Of a stretch of DNA of 64,000 nt, positions 40,990 to 59,186 are shown piece after piece. Source of the DNA: Hyphochytrium catenoides (Eukaryota; Protista; Hyphochytriomycota); assembly GCA_900088475.1 (NCBI GenBank), contig FLMG01001487.1, positions 1 to 64,000 of the forward strand. Direction: 5' to 3'. Below the pieces are notes generated by a model that was not told the DNA's origin, did no database searches, and saw only the letters and a program-made list of their open reading frames with translations. Position numbers and translations under genes: made by a program. Each line of letters begins with the position of its first letter. The first letter of the stretch is position 1.

Positions 40990-43900
40990 ATGCGGAGACC
41001 GAGCAAACCAAGCAGTGACCCAAATGCTCCAGCCCGACGGCGCTCGAGCGCCAGCTCTGCAGCGGGAAAGAAGTCGACCTTGGTGGTCACACCTCAGCAG
41101 CGATCATCGGCATCAGCTTCGTCATGGGACCTCAAGGCCATACTGCCTTTCGCGGGGCTAGCTGTCTTTTTGGCAATGGGCCTAGCGTGGCATTATACGG
41201 TGCGGAATATAGGCTCTATGCCGTCATCGGTCCAGAAGCGTGGCCAAGAAACTTCGTCGAACTATACAACACATGACATGTATCCAGAATTCAATGCGTC
41301 TGCAGCGTTGCCCCCTGTAGAGCCTTACTCGCCCTCACTTACACGTGCTCTGAAGTGGGGAACTTTCCGACCGGGTTATTATTTTGGTAAGGTTTCTCGG
41401 TTGCAACTTGATGAGTCCTTACTCAAGCTCCTAATTAGGCATCCGCTCCCAGACGTACCCCGAAGCTATTTCAGCTGGATTAATGTGGTATCGTCCAAAC
41501 GCTGAAGTTAGAGATGTTAGTCTCCCTTTCCTGGGCGGTGTTACCTGATGGATATCTCACATAACACCCCCCCTCCCCCTTTTTTTTTCCTTTCCGACCT
41601 TCACTTGCTTTACGTAGTTCCGCCATGAATGCCGTCAGGAAGATGCTATGCGGCAATATGGCTGGCTCAGTCATGATGGCCGTAGCTTTGGCGTACAAAC
41701 CATACATGATAAGGGGAACATGGTCAAGCTAAAGACTTGGTTCTTAAGGCACGACTCGAAGGATGGCAGTGGTACTGTTATGAGTTCTCGTTTGTTCTCC
41801 ATGCTTATTATAAAAAACATATTATTGTTAAATTTTGCGCAGGCTATGGCTGGACGGGTATTATAGAAGGAGAGTCGGAGATGGAGAGTAAGGAAGGGCA
41901 TCTGCTGTCCTTGTTCTTCTACCTTGATGTTAGAGGTCAAGAAGGGATGGCTGGTGCTACAGAAGTGCAGCCTCTGATGCTTACTGGTCCGAACACCGAG
42001 GGTCACTACGCCATCCGCGGTAAAACCGCCGATTTTGGTGACTTCACGCTTCAGGTAAATAACCTTAAAGCGCCATCTTGAAGTGGCACAAATCCTGATT
42101 ATCTTGTTAGCTTGAAGCGTCTGGCCTAAAAGCATCGACCGTTGATCCTAAATGGAGCTATTGGGGCCTCAAGGAACGTGATCTGGCTAGGATTAAGGAG
42201 CTCGTTATGGATGAGTTGCGTACTCCAAACAACAAGAAGCCTGGGAATGGCAATGTCCCAGCTCTTCCTAACCTTATCGAGGAAGGAAGTACTCTGCTCA
42301 TTATGCAAGTGAACATTCCTGCCCCGGTCGAGCTTATAGCAAGATTCACCAGCGGCAAAGGTTGTTGACACATTTAAGGCCCAAATGCAAACAAAGGACC
42401 TCCAATAACCAAATTCCGACGTCTATCAGGTGTCCATCTCTCAGGAGAGGAGGTAAAGACCAGGGCCCGTACCTCCAGAGCCTTCTTGAAGGATCGGTTC
42501 GACCGCACCTTCCGCATAAAGGATAAAAATGTAGCAGGACGCCTTATTCAGCCCCCAGAGATCCTAATGGCAGAGGCCGCCCTGAGCAACTTGCTCGGGG
42601 GAATCGGATTTTTCAACGGTAAATCCAAGTTGCTTATTGACGGCTCTGAAGTGTGGAGTGCTCAGCACGGCCTGCTGACGGCGGTTCCGTCGAGGTAGCT
42701 GCTGCGTATGCTCTGTGGAGCTTTAACCGCATACTAACGACTGGACTTCTTCCGTCAAGATCATTCTTTCCCAGAGGCTTCCTATGGGACGAAGGCTTTC
42801 ATCAACTATTGGTTTACAATTGGGATCAAGAGCTGAGTATGGAGATTTTCCGCCAATGGCTTAACGTGATGCATATGGATGGGGAGAATGCTGGCTGGAT
42901 ACCTCGCGAGCAGGTAAAGAACACTTGTTTGAAGACCGGTGGCTAAAGTCCTAAAGCTGTTTTTGATTGTCTTTGCCTTTCTTGTCAGATCCTAGGAAGT
43001 GAAGCGCTAGCTAGAGTTCCCCCGGAATTTGTAACTCAGCATCACGAGCATGCCAATCCTCCTACCTTTTTGCTGCTTGTAGAGAAGATGCTTCGAGATC
43101 TCGGAGGTGAGGTTACGGCGTAGCAAGGGAAAGACGGCGCCTTCCTAACCCCAATTACTTATGGATGAACTCTACAGACAAGGAGCCTGGGACGACGGAC
43201 AGAGAAAACTTGTTATCCATTTTGAAGAAGATCTTACCTCGATTTGAGCTCTGGTATTCCTGGTTCCTTAGGTAAATGGCTCTTCTATCCCCGTGTGGCG
43301 CAGCCACAATGTGTAACGGTGCTATGAGCAGATCCCAAGCTGGTCCAAAGCCCAACTCGTTTAGGTGGAGGGGTAGGCAGAAGGAGGGTAAACTCTTTCC
43401 AAATACCTTGGCATCCGGTGAGTGCGCTGACATGGACGCTTCAATGGAAACTTCAACCAACGCTTCACGTTCTTGACTGTGCTTAGGCTTGGACGACTAT
43501 CCACGCGGATCTGAACCGAATAGCGAGGAATACCATCTAGACCTACATGCTTGGGCCACCAAGGTCCTATTTGACGTTTTGCCACTACCTGTTACCGACC
43601 TCTTACTACTGTTATGAATGATGACAGTGGACGATGGTCCTTGCCCAACTTCACAGGGTGCTGGGGAATACAGCTGAGGCTGCGTGGTACACGGACCGAA
43701 CAAAGGATTATTTGATTGCTATGGATCGGCTACATTGGGATGCTGCTCAAGGTCTCTTTGCCGACGTGGGGGACCATAGCGAAGATGGGATCATCAGGGA
43801 ATATCTCGTTTTTAGATGCCAGAGTTCTGATGGCAGAAGGTACAGGAAGCTTATCTGTTTGGAACGGTAGTCAAAGTTAGCTGATAGTCGACGAACAGCA

Positions 43901-44714
43901 CTGCTGACGTCGATATGCCCCTCCCTGCGAAGCCGAATGAGAGGCCGCCATGCCCACCGACCCATCCGCGTCCTTTGTTCCCGCTCGGCAATGGTGCTGG
44001 AGGCTATTTAATTAGAGAGAAGTTCCAACCTCGGACGGTACGGGATCTTGCTCCAATTTCCTCCTTCTGTCTCGAGTGCAGTTGGTCTTATTGAACCTTA
44101 CCTCCGGTAGATTCGCCATCAATTTATCAAGAGGAATGGGTATGTCACCCTGTTCCCATTTCTCCTGATGCTCCTTCCCCCCGAGTCCCCTAAGGTTGAG
44201 GGCATTCTAAAGCTCATGGAAGACCCACGAGAGCTGTGGACAAGCTATGGTAAGGCTAGTAACCTATCTGAATCAATATTAGTCCTGATGGGGCCGGTTG
44301 TAGGCCTAAGATCTCTATCCACAAGAGATATCTTCTTTGAACGGGAGAATGCACCCGGTGACAAACCATACTGGAGAGGCGCCATCTGGATGCCAATCAA
44401 CTACCTGGCACTCTCAGCACTCAACTATTACAAGGCACTAGACTCACCCTATAAAGCTCGCTTTGACAAAGTACGTTGCCCACCATCCAGAAAAGGCAAT
44501 GTGTTGACACTAATCTTGAACCTGCTAGCTCTATACACAACTACGAGATGCTCTCATCTCAAATGTCTTTAACGAGTACAAGCGAACAGGCTATCTCTGG
44601 GAACAGTATGCTGGTGAAGCTCCCGGGTCGAAATGGGGGGGACGAGGCCAACGGAGCCATCCTTTCACCGGGTGGACTGCATTGATCGTGAACATCATGG
44701 CTGAAAAGTACTAG
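40990..44714 (+). CDS. MOGS: Mannosyl-oligosaccharide glucosidase I (GH63)
   Basis: Basic N-tail with type [35 protein letters not shown]|[56 protein letters not shown] and HPFTGWT. About 14 GT-AG introns. Confidence 0.95.
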
Positions 44715-45593
44715 CCTACTGCCCAGTGACAATTGTAGGGGAACCCTACTGAAATTTTCAACTAGGCCATTCGCTGCAACCTCTTTGTGGCAATGACAGC
44801 AATAGACGATCCACTTTCCTATCAGCAGACATTTGGATATGCCTTCCTGATACTTTATTCCTCCCTTCATGGAAGAGCAGAGTCTTATGAAGCAGTAGCA
44901 ATATGTACTTAGCCAGCGCTACCCACTCTACGTGTTTCCTGATCTCTATTCCCGCAAGCTGATGATCACCTCCCTTAAACCACTAGGATATCAGCAAGAT
45001 TTTCTTGGCCTGAACAGCGAACACACACTTAGGTGACCAGTTAGCAGAAAGCACTGCTTCGAAGGATGAGAAGATGATGCGGATGCGTGAGAAAATTGCC
45101 TGCAAAGCTGTTCCCGTCCTCGAGGAAGCATTTCTGAGATCTCTCTCTTGGCGCTCATAACTCTCCTTCCTCAACCTCCAACACCTGCCACCCCAACCTC
45201 CCATTGCACCACCATATCCTTCATATTCGGGATTAGTCGCACTAGCTTAGACGTTATACCTAATACCCTGATACAGGTCGCAAATACGATGAGCTCAGAA
45301 TTGCTCCACATACCTGCTGCTGATGCCGCTACTTTATCGAGTCTCTTCACCAGAGGCTTAGGAAGCTGTCAGGATGTAGAGTTCGGAGCTGTGATTCATC
45401 AGAGAGTCTCCGTCCAGCTCCAGAGGTTGTCTTCCATAGTGGAGAATAGGTTCGGCGCATATCGGACAATAACATTGGGCTAGTGACGGGCGGGATTCTC
45501 AACTGCACCGCTGGAGCACTCTCATTCCGCGCCTTCTTAGGAAGTGTCGCAAAAGTCGAAATAAAGGACAGCACTCATCCACACTACCTAAGG

Positions 45594-51584
<5,991 letters not shown>

Positions 51585-51886
51585 CGGACAGCTTATTTAT
51601 CGACGATGCTCTTGAGGCATTCCACATATTTCCATTTCCCTTTCAACTGCATCTTAGAGTTGCAGTCATCCTGTCTTTAAGCAGGGTAGGAGTAGCTAAT
51701 GATCATAGCAAGGGAAGGACTGTATTTGGTCGAAGATGGAAGGACAACCGACGAGCTCAGACTTCGCCAAGCTATTTATTTACAATAAAGCTCAAACTGT
51801 TCCAAGTGAGCACTGAGTCAGAAACCTGTCCTCTTCCCAGCTCTCTGAAGTGTATTAGCCTTGATATCCTATCAGCATCTTCCTCT

Positions 51887-54800
51887 CTAGCTAATCTCGA
51901 ACAGCCCATTGGTCTCTAGGTCTCTAATCTTCTCATAGTCTGCTATCACCGTCGCTTCCTCCTCATGAATGATCCGTACACTTCCTGGCCGGGTGAAGCA
52001 ATCTGCATCAAGGTAGAATTATTACCGTGAGATAGAAGCACAATGATCAAGAACGGAAAGAGTTATGTTAGTAGAAAAGAACACGTGCGAGCGGGACAGC
52101 GGAGAAATGAATAAATTTGGAAGAGCGGGACAGCAAACCTATTGTCTTCTTTATAGGGCCGCCAACTTGTACATGCATTTGCATAACCCGGAACGAGGGC
52201 AAAGCTCTTATCGCGTCAACCTGGATATCCTTAAGGATGCCTTCCACCTGAAAAATAAGCGTTGAGAAAGTATCCTTCGTGTCTGGACTAGACTCGAGAA
52301 GTGCCATACCTGAGAGACAAGCATCACTTCTCTACCAACCTTTTTCAGGTTTCCATATTCCCGTGGCAGGCTCTCAAATTCCTTCTTGTCCACAAACGCA
52401 TCCACCGTGGCGGAAACCTGAATCATGAAAGGGAGGGGGGAACGATGTTGTTGATCAGATCAGCAATGATGACATGCGCAGGCCACGATGAGTGGTAAGA
52501 TAAGTGGATCCCTGTGGCAGAGCAACTACGGCAGGCATTGCAGCATTGCAACACAAGATCCAAATTCAAGGACGAGCAGTAGGAGGACCAGACGACGAAT
52601 GCACAAGGAAATTACCTGAGAATAGCCGATTGACTCTTCAGCGATAATAAGCCAAGTCCCCTCCCCTCCGTGACAGCGGCTGCCAATTTCCACGAGGCAA
52701 GGACCAGTAGGTGTCATCTTGATCTCTGCGTGTCCAGGACCGTGCTGTAGGAGGAACATAGAGACCAAGGATCAATGACGGGTGTCGTCTCCTCCTCGTA
52801 CAACCGTTCTACATCGCCTTTGTACTTCTGTGTCTTATCATCCCCTAACATGCAGCCATTACGTATCATACTCTGAACCTCTCGAACCTCCCAATTTTGA
52901 GGTCTTCCAGCATACTTGCCTTAATGCCAAGCGCATCTAACACCTTGAAGTCATACTCGATGAGCTCTTGAGCTACTGGAGAACTGGAAGGTAGGAGTTT
53001 CATGCCAAAGTAGACAAAATTCGCGCCGTTGATGGGCCTCTTGTCATATTCCCAAACGGCACAGACCTTGTGGTTGCCATCCCTGCTAACTGTATCCACC
53101 ACATATTCGATACCGCTAAGGTACTCTTGCACCAGGACGGCATTGTTGATATTTCCAAGGCCTACATTGCCGGGACATGAGCAGACTAGACAAACAGTCC
53201 ACTAAGCTTAGACGAGCGAAATGGCAAACAGTTGGAGCTCCGGCGTTGAGCTGGCGCCTTTAGGTCTTGGAGTTGCGTCAAAGGTCAGAATCGACCAGAG
53301 GAAGTAGTAGGTATCTGAAACAAACTTCCCAAAATCTTAAACGGCACAGTCTAGCTAGAGATGACCAAACGTTACCATTCTTTTTGCCAAGGACTTTCTT
53401 CACTGCCTCTATGACTGCCTGGACTGATGGACAAAGGAACACATCATCGCTGCCTGCGGATTCTATAGGCTTCACGATAAGAGGAGATGGCAACGTAGAC
53501 GTCCTTTGTTCGAGAAACTTAGCGGCGTCTTCTGCAAGGAACTCTTTAAGGAAGACCTCTACTTGGCCCAGCTCCGCAACTTTCTTCTGTGCCACAGCTC
53601 TGACCCCTGCCGAGCGTACCTGGGATGATAGGTTGTGAGTTCGTGTTGATCGTTAGTGTCTCCTCGGATCCTGGAAGGGACTATTGTGAGGCAGAGTGGC
53701 TTTGAACTTCGAAAAGTGGGAGCGAATCAGGAAGCTTGATGATAAAGAGAGACATGTCCTTAGTGCGCACCTTCTCCCCCATTTCAAACTTGTTTCTCCG
53801 GGCTTCGGATCCCTTGGTGCCGTTGGTAAGCACTCCCATCAGTTCTGAGAGCTGATCAGCCAGCAAGACCCCCGTCTCTGCGCCGGGCACAACCGCTTTG
53901 ATTGAGTACGGCAACTTCTGTAACTCTCTCTTGATGTTATGCACAGAGTAGTCTAGAGAAGGATCATGGCCTAGTGTGGCAGCGAACTGCAACTGCAGCC
54001 CCTCAGGAATAAGCGATGTCAGAGCAGCAATGGCCTCCAGCTTGTCACTGTAAACGCAAATGACGTCATAGCCCTTCATAGAGAATTGTTTGGCTAACAA
54101 CGCGCCGGTGCTGAAGGGATCCACTACCACGACCGCTGGGGCGGGCTCTACAGGTTTCTGGCACTCAACAACAAATAGAGTCCCTTCGTCCTCCTCCAGC
54201 TTCCGGATCTTCTCGTAATCGCGCTTGATGGCCTCCTCCTGCAGACATAGGACATGTCAATGCATATAACCACCACGCCATATCTCCTGCTCTCCTACTT
54301 GGCTTATCCGCCTTAACCAAAGCATGTCTTGTATTTCGGGCGGTTCCTATTAGTGTCTTACCTCAGCGTGCACGAGCCGCACTGCTCCCGGCCTCGTGAA
54401 GCAGTCTATGGTTTTCTTTAGCTGACAACCCACATTAAGCCCGATTTCAATAGCCACAAAGGAAGGCAATGCTTTGATGATCTCCACTCCAGGTATGGCT
54501 CTGATAATACCATCCTGTCGAGAAACAAGATGAACCTCTCGGCCGTACTTTTTCAACGGGCCATATTCGAAAGGCAGCTTCTCAAATGCTCTAGGATCAA
54601 GGTATGCGTCCACCGTGGCGGAGACCTGGGACGGAGTACACAGTGCAAGGTAAGCAATAAGCAAGAGTTCCCTTATCAGTGGACTGTCAGGACCGCACCC
54701 AAGGAGAAGGTCCCTATCTCACCTGTGACCTCCCAATGCAGGCATCCACGATTGTCAGCCACGTGCCCTCCCCTCCGTGGCAGCGGGATCCAATCTCCAC

Positions 54801-56508
54801 CAGGCATGGACCCGTCCGCGTCATCTTGATTTCGGCGTGTCCGGGACCATTCTGTAAAGCGTAAGACAGCATGGATCAGTTAAAAGCGCCCATACAGCTT
54901 GTGAGGAAGCTACAGAGCTCCCCGAGATACCTCAGCTACGAGCCACGAGCCACTGCATTTGCTAAAATTAAAGCGAAAAGACAGAGGACAAAGTGCAACA
55001 AAGCTGGCAGATGTTCAGGAGATAGTGCCATTCGCCCGTCGCTCATGGCTTTTCGCTTCCCTTAACGGATAGCAGCACATCGAACCCAAATGATGGCAGA
55101 GGAGATAATCAGTATCGGCCCAACCTTGATATTCAAAGCGTCAAGGACTTTGTGCTGATAGTTGATCAACTCCTTCGCGACGGGATCAGTGGTAGGCAGA
55201 AGCTCCATTCCGAAGTAAACAAAAGGAGAGCCATTGACTGGCCTTTTGTCGTACTGCCAGACGCCAAACGTTTTATGGACACCTTCTAAACTGACGGAGT
55301 CCACCACGTACTCCGGTCCCTCCAAGTACTCCTGTAAGAGTACGGCGTTGTTGACGGTACCCAGACCATTGACCTAGAACGAGCAAAGCTTGAGCTATGT
55401 ACCCGAAAATGCGTTGACATATTCCTGAACCCTAAACGCACCTTTCCCATGATGTTACCAAACGCAGCTCGCACTTCGTCAATCGTGTGGCAGAGCGTCA
55501 CGTCGTCACTGCCAGCGGACTCTAGCGGTTTGACGATAACTTTGAAAGGATCTGGCTTGTACAGATCTACATATTTCAGCACCTCTCCCCAAGTCGTGAC
55601 CTTCATTTGTTGCACGGCCCTCAGGCCAGCAGAGCGAACCTAGGAATACACTGATTAGACGACGATTGCGCCATAACAAAGAACAAACCCATGACGGTTG
55701 AAGTACCTTTTCCCCCATCAGGTACTTGTTTCTACGACATTTGGAGTCTTGAGTGCCGTTCGTTCGTAGGCCTAATTTCTCGGATAGGACGTCAGAAAGC
55801 TCAACACCGGTTTCTGCGCCAGGAATGACAGCAGTCACAGGCCAGGGTAGGGACTTGATATCAGCAATAGCAATATCAATCGCCTGTGGAGCTGCCAGGT
55901 TTACCGAGAGCACGGCTGCATACTCTAAGTCACAGTCCTTTTGGACGTACTTCTTCAAATCTTCGTTATCACTGCTCCAGATGCAAACCACGCGATAGCC
56001 ACGCTTGAATATCTGTTGAGCAAGGATTGCCCCTGTCGAGAAGGGGTCAACCACGATAACAGCGTCCCCGTGGTCCTGAGCATAAGCTGTTGATAGCCGT
56101 TTCTCCGGTTTGTAAGGCCCTGCCTCTGGTGCGGAGTTGAAATATCTGATGAGGGCAAGAGCATTGTTAGTGGCAGACTTCTACCGGTACCTTGGGCAAT
56201 CGAGGACTTAACCTTCTGAAGAGAACGTCCTCGACATAGAACTTTTGGTACGTTTTGCTCGTGTCTTGGCGTGAGTCGAAGGTTATGGCCCGCTTGGACT
56301 TGTTCAATCGCTGGAAGTTGCCATCTTCAGCTGGGAACACCTCAAACACGGCATCCCTTGCCACTCGACGGTCGTCAAAGGTAATAGCTTTCGTCATTTT
56401 TGGTGGTCTCTCATAAGCTCCCAAGCGGTACTTTGAGTCACGTCCACTGTCAACATTGCCGCCACGCGGGCTAAAGGCTTGCTTGCCGTTGGCCTGGCTA
56501 TTCCCCAT
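51887..56508 (-). CDS. Tandem two-module ATP-grasp ligase (L-amino-acid ligase / DdaF-NikS-like), about 996 aa, 13 coding exons
   Basis: Exons 56508-56213, 56145-55707, 55639-55442, 55373-55125, 54851-54723, 54625-54362, 54238-53771, 53619-53376, 53161-52920, 52744-52616, 52417-52310, 52247-52139 and 52002-51887 sum to 2991 nt in one frame. Each half has VVDPFSTGA, PGAETGV, RRNK, IVKPxESAGSDDV, QEYLxGxEYVVD, GPGHAEIK, LVEIGSRCHGGEG and KTIDCFTRPG. Confidence 0.9.
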
Positions 56509-56519
56509 CTTTTATATTA

Positions 56520-56739
56520 CTGGACACAGACACTTGGCACGTGATAGATGGACTCGGGCTTTGCCGTACTATGCCTCCGCCAGGTGCAAGATTGCCGTAG
56601 TCCTGTCTTCACAACCAAGCGGTCGCACGGCGGAAGGTAGTGGCAAGTGGTGTTGGTGGAACTTCGTCTTGTCTGGTGCCACCCAGTGGACCCAGCAGCC
56701 ACTGACAAAAAAACTTCTTCTGGCAAAGCTCAGACTCAC
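56520..56739 (-). other. Probable 5'-UTR intron of the ATP-grasp gene
   Basis: Strong donor AG|GTGAGT near 56739 and acceptor GTCCAG ending at 56520, 11 nt before the ATG. An in-frame TAA at 56514-56512 shows the upstream exon is non-coding. Confidence 0.55.
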
Positions 56740-57980
56740 CTAGCTGAAGCGCCTCAGCAGTTGGTGAATGGTCCGTAGAATAAGGTTCCTCCTGACTGGC
56801 ACTTCGGTCTGGATAAGCCCATCTCCTGCCTCCTGACGCGGTCAGGCGCACGAATCGCAGGTCAACAGCATGGCCAAATAATGTCAACCACCTTTACCCC
56901 TCATCAGCTGCAGCATTCTCCGCCCCTAAACCTTAACCATATCACGAATCTGCGCCTTGTTAGGGGAGAGATACTTCACTGCTTTAGGGTTCTGGCACTC
57001 TATGGAGCTGTTACTTGAATCCAAAGATATTCCGCTTCCTTGTCTTCTACATAGTACGAGTACATCATCAGCTCGCGTTAAACCGCTGCCTGCCCCACCG
57101 ATTAAAGGAGATCCTCACTGTGGACTGGACAGCGAGAGGAAGATCCGTAACTCCACAAAGCTCCGAGCAACCAACCAGGTCATCAGGCTCTTAAGACTAA
57201 GGACAGCTCTTCACACCCATAAACACATCATCAGCTCCTTTCCGATTGGGAAAGGAGTTACAGGGCTCCCTGGCCACAAGCACACTCTGGGTTCGTCATA
57301 GAGTAGAAAGAGGATAAAAAATACCGTCATGCCCATGTGGATTGTGTCAGCAGGCTCAATCAACCACGGCAGGGCTGACTGTACGATACAGAGGGATGCG
57401 ACTGGCTGTTATATCCTGGAGATATCACGAGGATGGGCGTAGTTGATTAAGTGGCCGCTATTTCTGTGGCGTTACCAGGAAGGGCTTAATAATGACAGCC
57501 TCCTCCACTGGTCTGACCGAAGGAGCTGGTCGTCGTGATAACCCATACAAATGAAGAAGAGACTTTTGTCTCTGAGGATCGGCTTCATGACCAAGTTTGG
57601 CATGGCCTCTTAAATCTATGGTCTGCCTCGATAAGTCTTTGTTCGCTTTCAGCTCTCAAAAAGGTAAGTCTAGTGGACCCTACGCATCCAAAATCTGGAG
57701 CTCCATTGGCAATTCTGAGGCAGTAGGAGAGAGCAGTAGCTTTGGCAGAGGACCGTCAGATACCGCCTACCAATAGTGGCGGCGAGCCCAGCTTGCCATC
57801 GTGGCCCGCGACTTCCCCTTTGAAGGAAGAAGATACCCTAATGGATGGATCTGATGCTCTTAGCGTGAAGTAAAGGAAAAGTGAGGCTTTCAGGGGCCGT
57901 TATAACAAGTGCCATAATAATAGCATGAATTGTCCTCCTACTCTTTCATGCGTTGGTCAATCATATACACGTTATGGCGC

Positions 57981-59186
57981 TCATAACTGGCTCTCACTCT
58001 TGCGCTTCTTGGACCGAGATGACTCTTCATCTTCCACAGGTTGCATCTTTGCCGTTTCTTGGGCATCGGGAAGTGCCTCTGGTGCCTTGTCTCCTACATT
58101 GTCATCCCCATTCTGGATGCCAGAGTTTGCATTTGACTTGGCACCATCTTTGGCATTTGTTTGATTCAGACTGGGGGCTTCACTATTTATCCTAGCCTCT
58201 GTCCAGAAGGACTCTTAGCCTCACCATTTGGCATCTTTTGCCGCTAAATAAACTTACCGAGAGCTAGCTTTCTTGGGCCCACGATCTGACTATTTGGCTT
58301 GCGGATCTTGTACCCAAAGACACGGGGAACATAGATGTTGCTGTCCAAAGGGGGCTCGAACTCTGGAAATGTCAAGAAGAAAAGGTGTGCAAAGGTTGTT
58401 CCGATGTAGGCTCCATCTTGCTCTGCATGAGAGACCATAAGATCATGTAAGCGCAGAGGACAAGAGTAGCCAGGACGTGTAATCCTACGGTTCTCATCTC
58501 TGGTGTGATACATGTCTTGACACTTCGGGCAGAATAAGTAGAGCCAGTCCTTGTGCAACTCGTCCGTTCGACCCGCCTAGCAAGGGGACAAGTAAGCTTC
58601 CTACCCTATAATGGGTGAGTGCTAGTTCGCTTACCGGGACTACAGGTTGACCACGGCATAGCACTCTAGGACAGGTGCCAAACTCTCGGTTTACATACTT
58701 CTTTAGCTGCGGTTGAGCATAAGAACCCGACAAAAATCACATGCACCATCGGGATAAGCAGGGCCGTGACATACCATAGTTTCCAAGCCTCTTGAGGTGA
58801 CAATAAACCGTGCATGGATAAGCCCATACAGATCCATCGCCTGCTGCGATAGTTCGCTCTCGTCATCGCTCTCAGCTGTGTACATGAGAAGGAGTGTGAA
58901 CAATTACGCATCGCAGGGAAGGTCGATAAGAGAAGTAAGCCCAACCATCGCGATCTAGTATAATGTTCAGAGCTTCGGCATAGTTTGGGATAACTTGACG
59001 GAGGCCATAAAGATTGAAGTTGTCTTCGATGTAGCTGCGGTCCACATGGCAGAGCTTATTTCCCCTACATTTTTACGTCATGAGTACCCTACTGAACTAC
59101 AGCGAACAGGAAGCAGGAGTATGATCGCACTTTAGGCTGCAAAACCAGCTAATCCATGTATCGTCCTCGACCGAAGACTCGGACAT
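57981..59186 (-). CDS. CSNK2B: Casein kinase II regulatory (beta) subunit
   Basis: WISWFCSLKGN, YIEDNFNLYGL, LYGLIHARFI, zinc ribbon CPRVLC...CPKC, DGAYIGTTF and YVPRVFGYKI. Seven exons; alternative in-frame ATG at 59195. Confidence 0.94.

Noticed and set aside
56924-56990. CCCTAAA/TTTAGGG telomere-like words (also scattered TTTAGG at 260-415)
   Set aside because: Isolated single copies with no tandem array.
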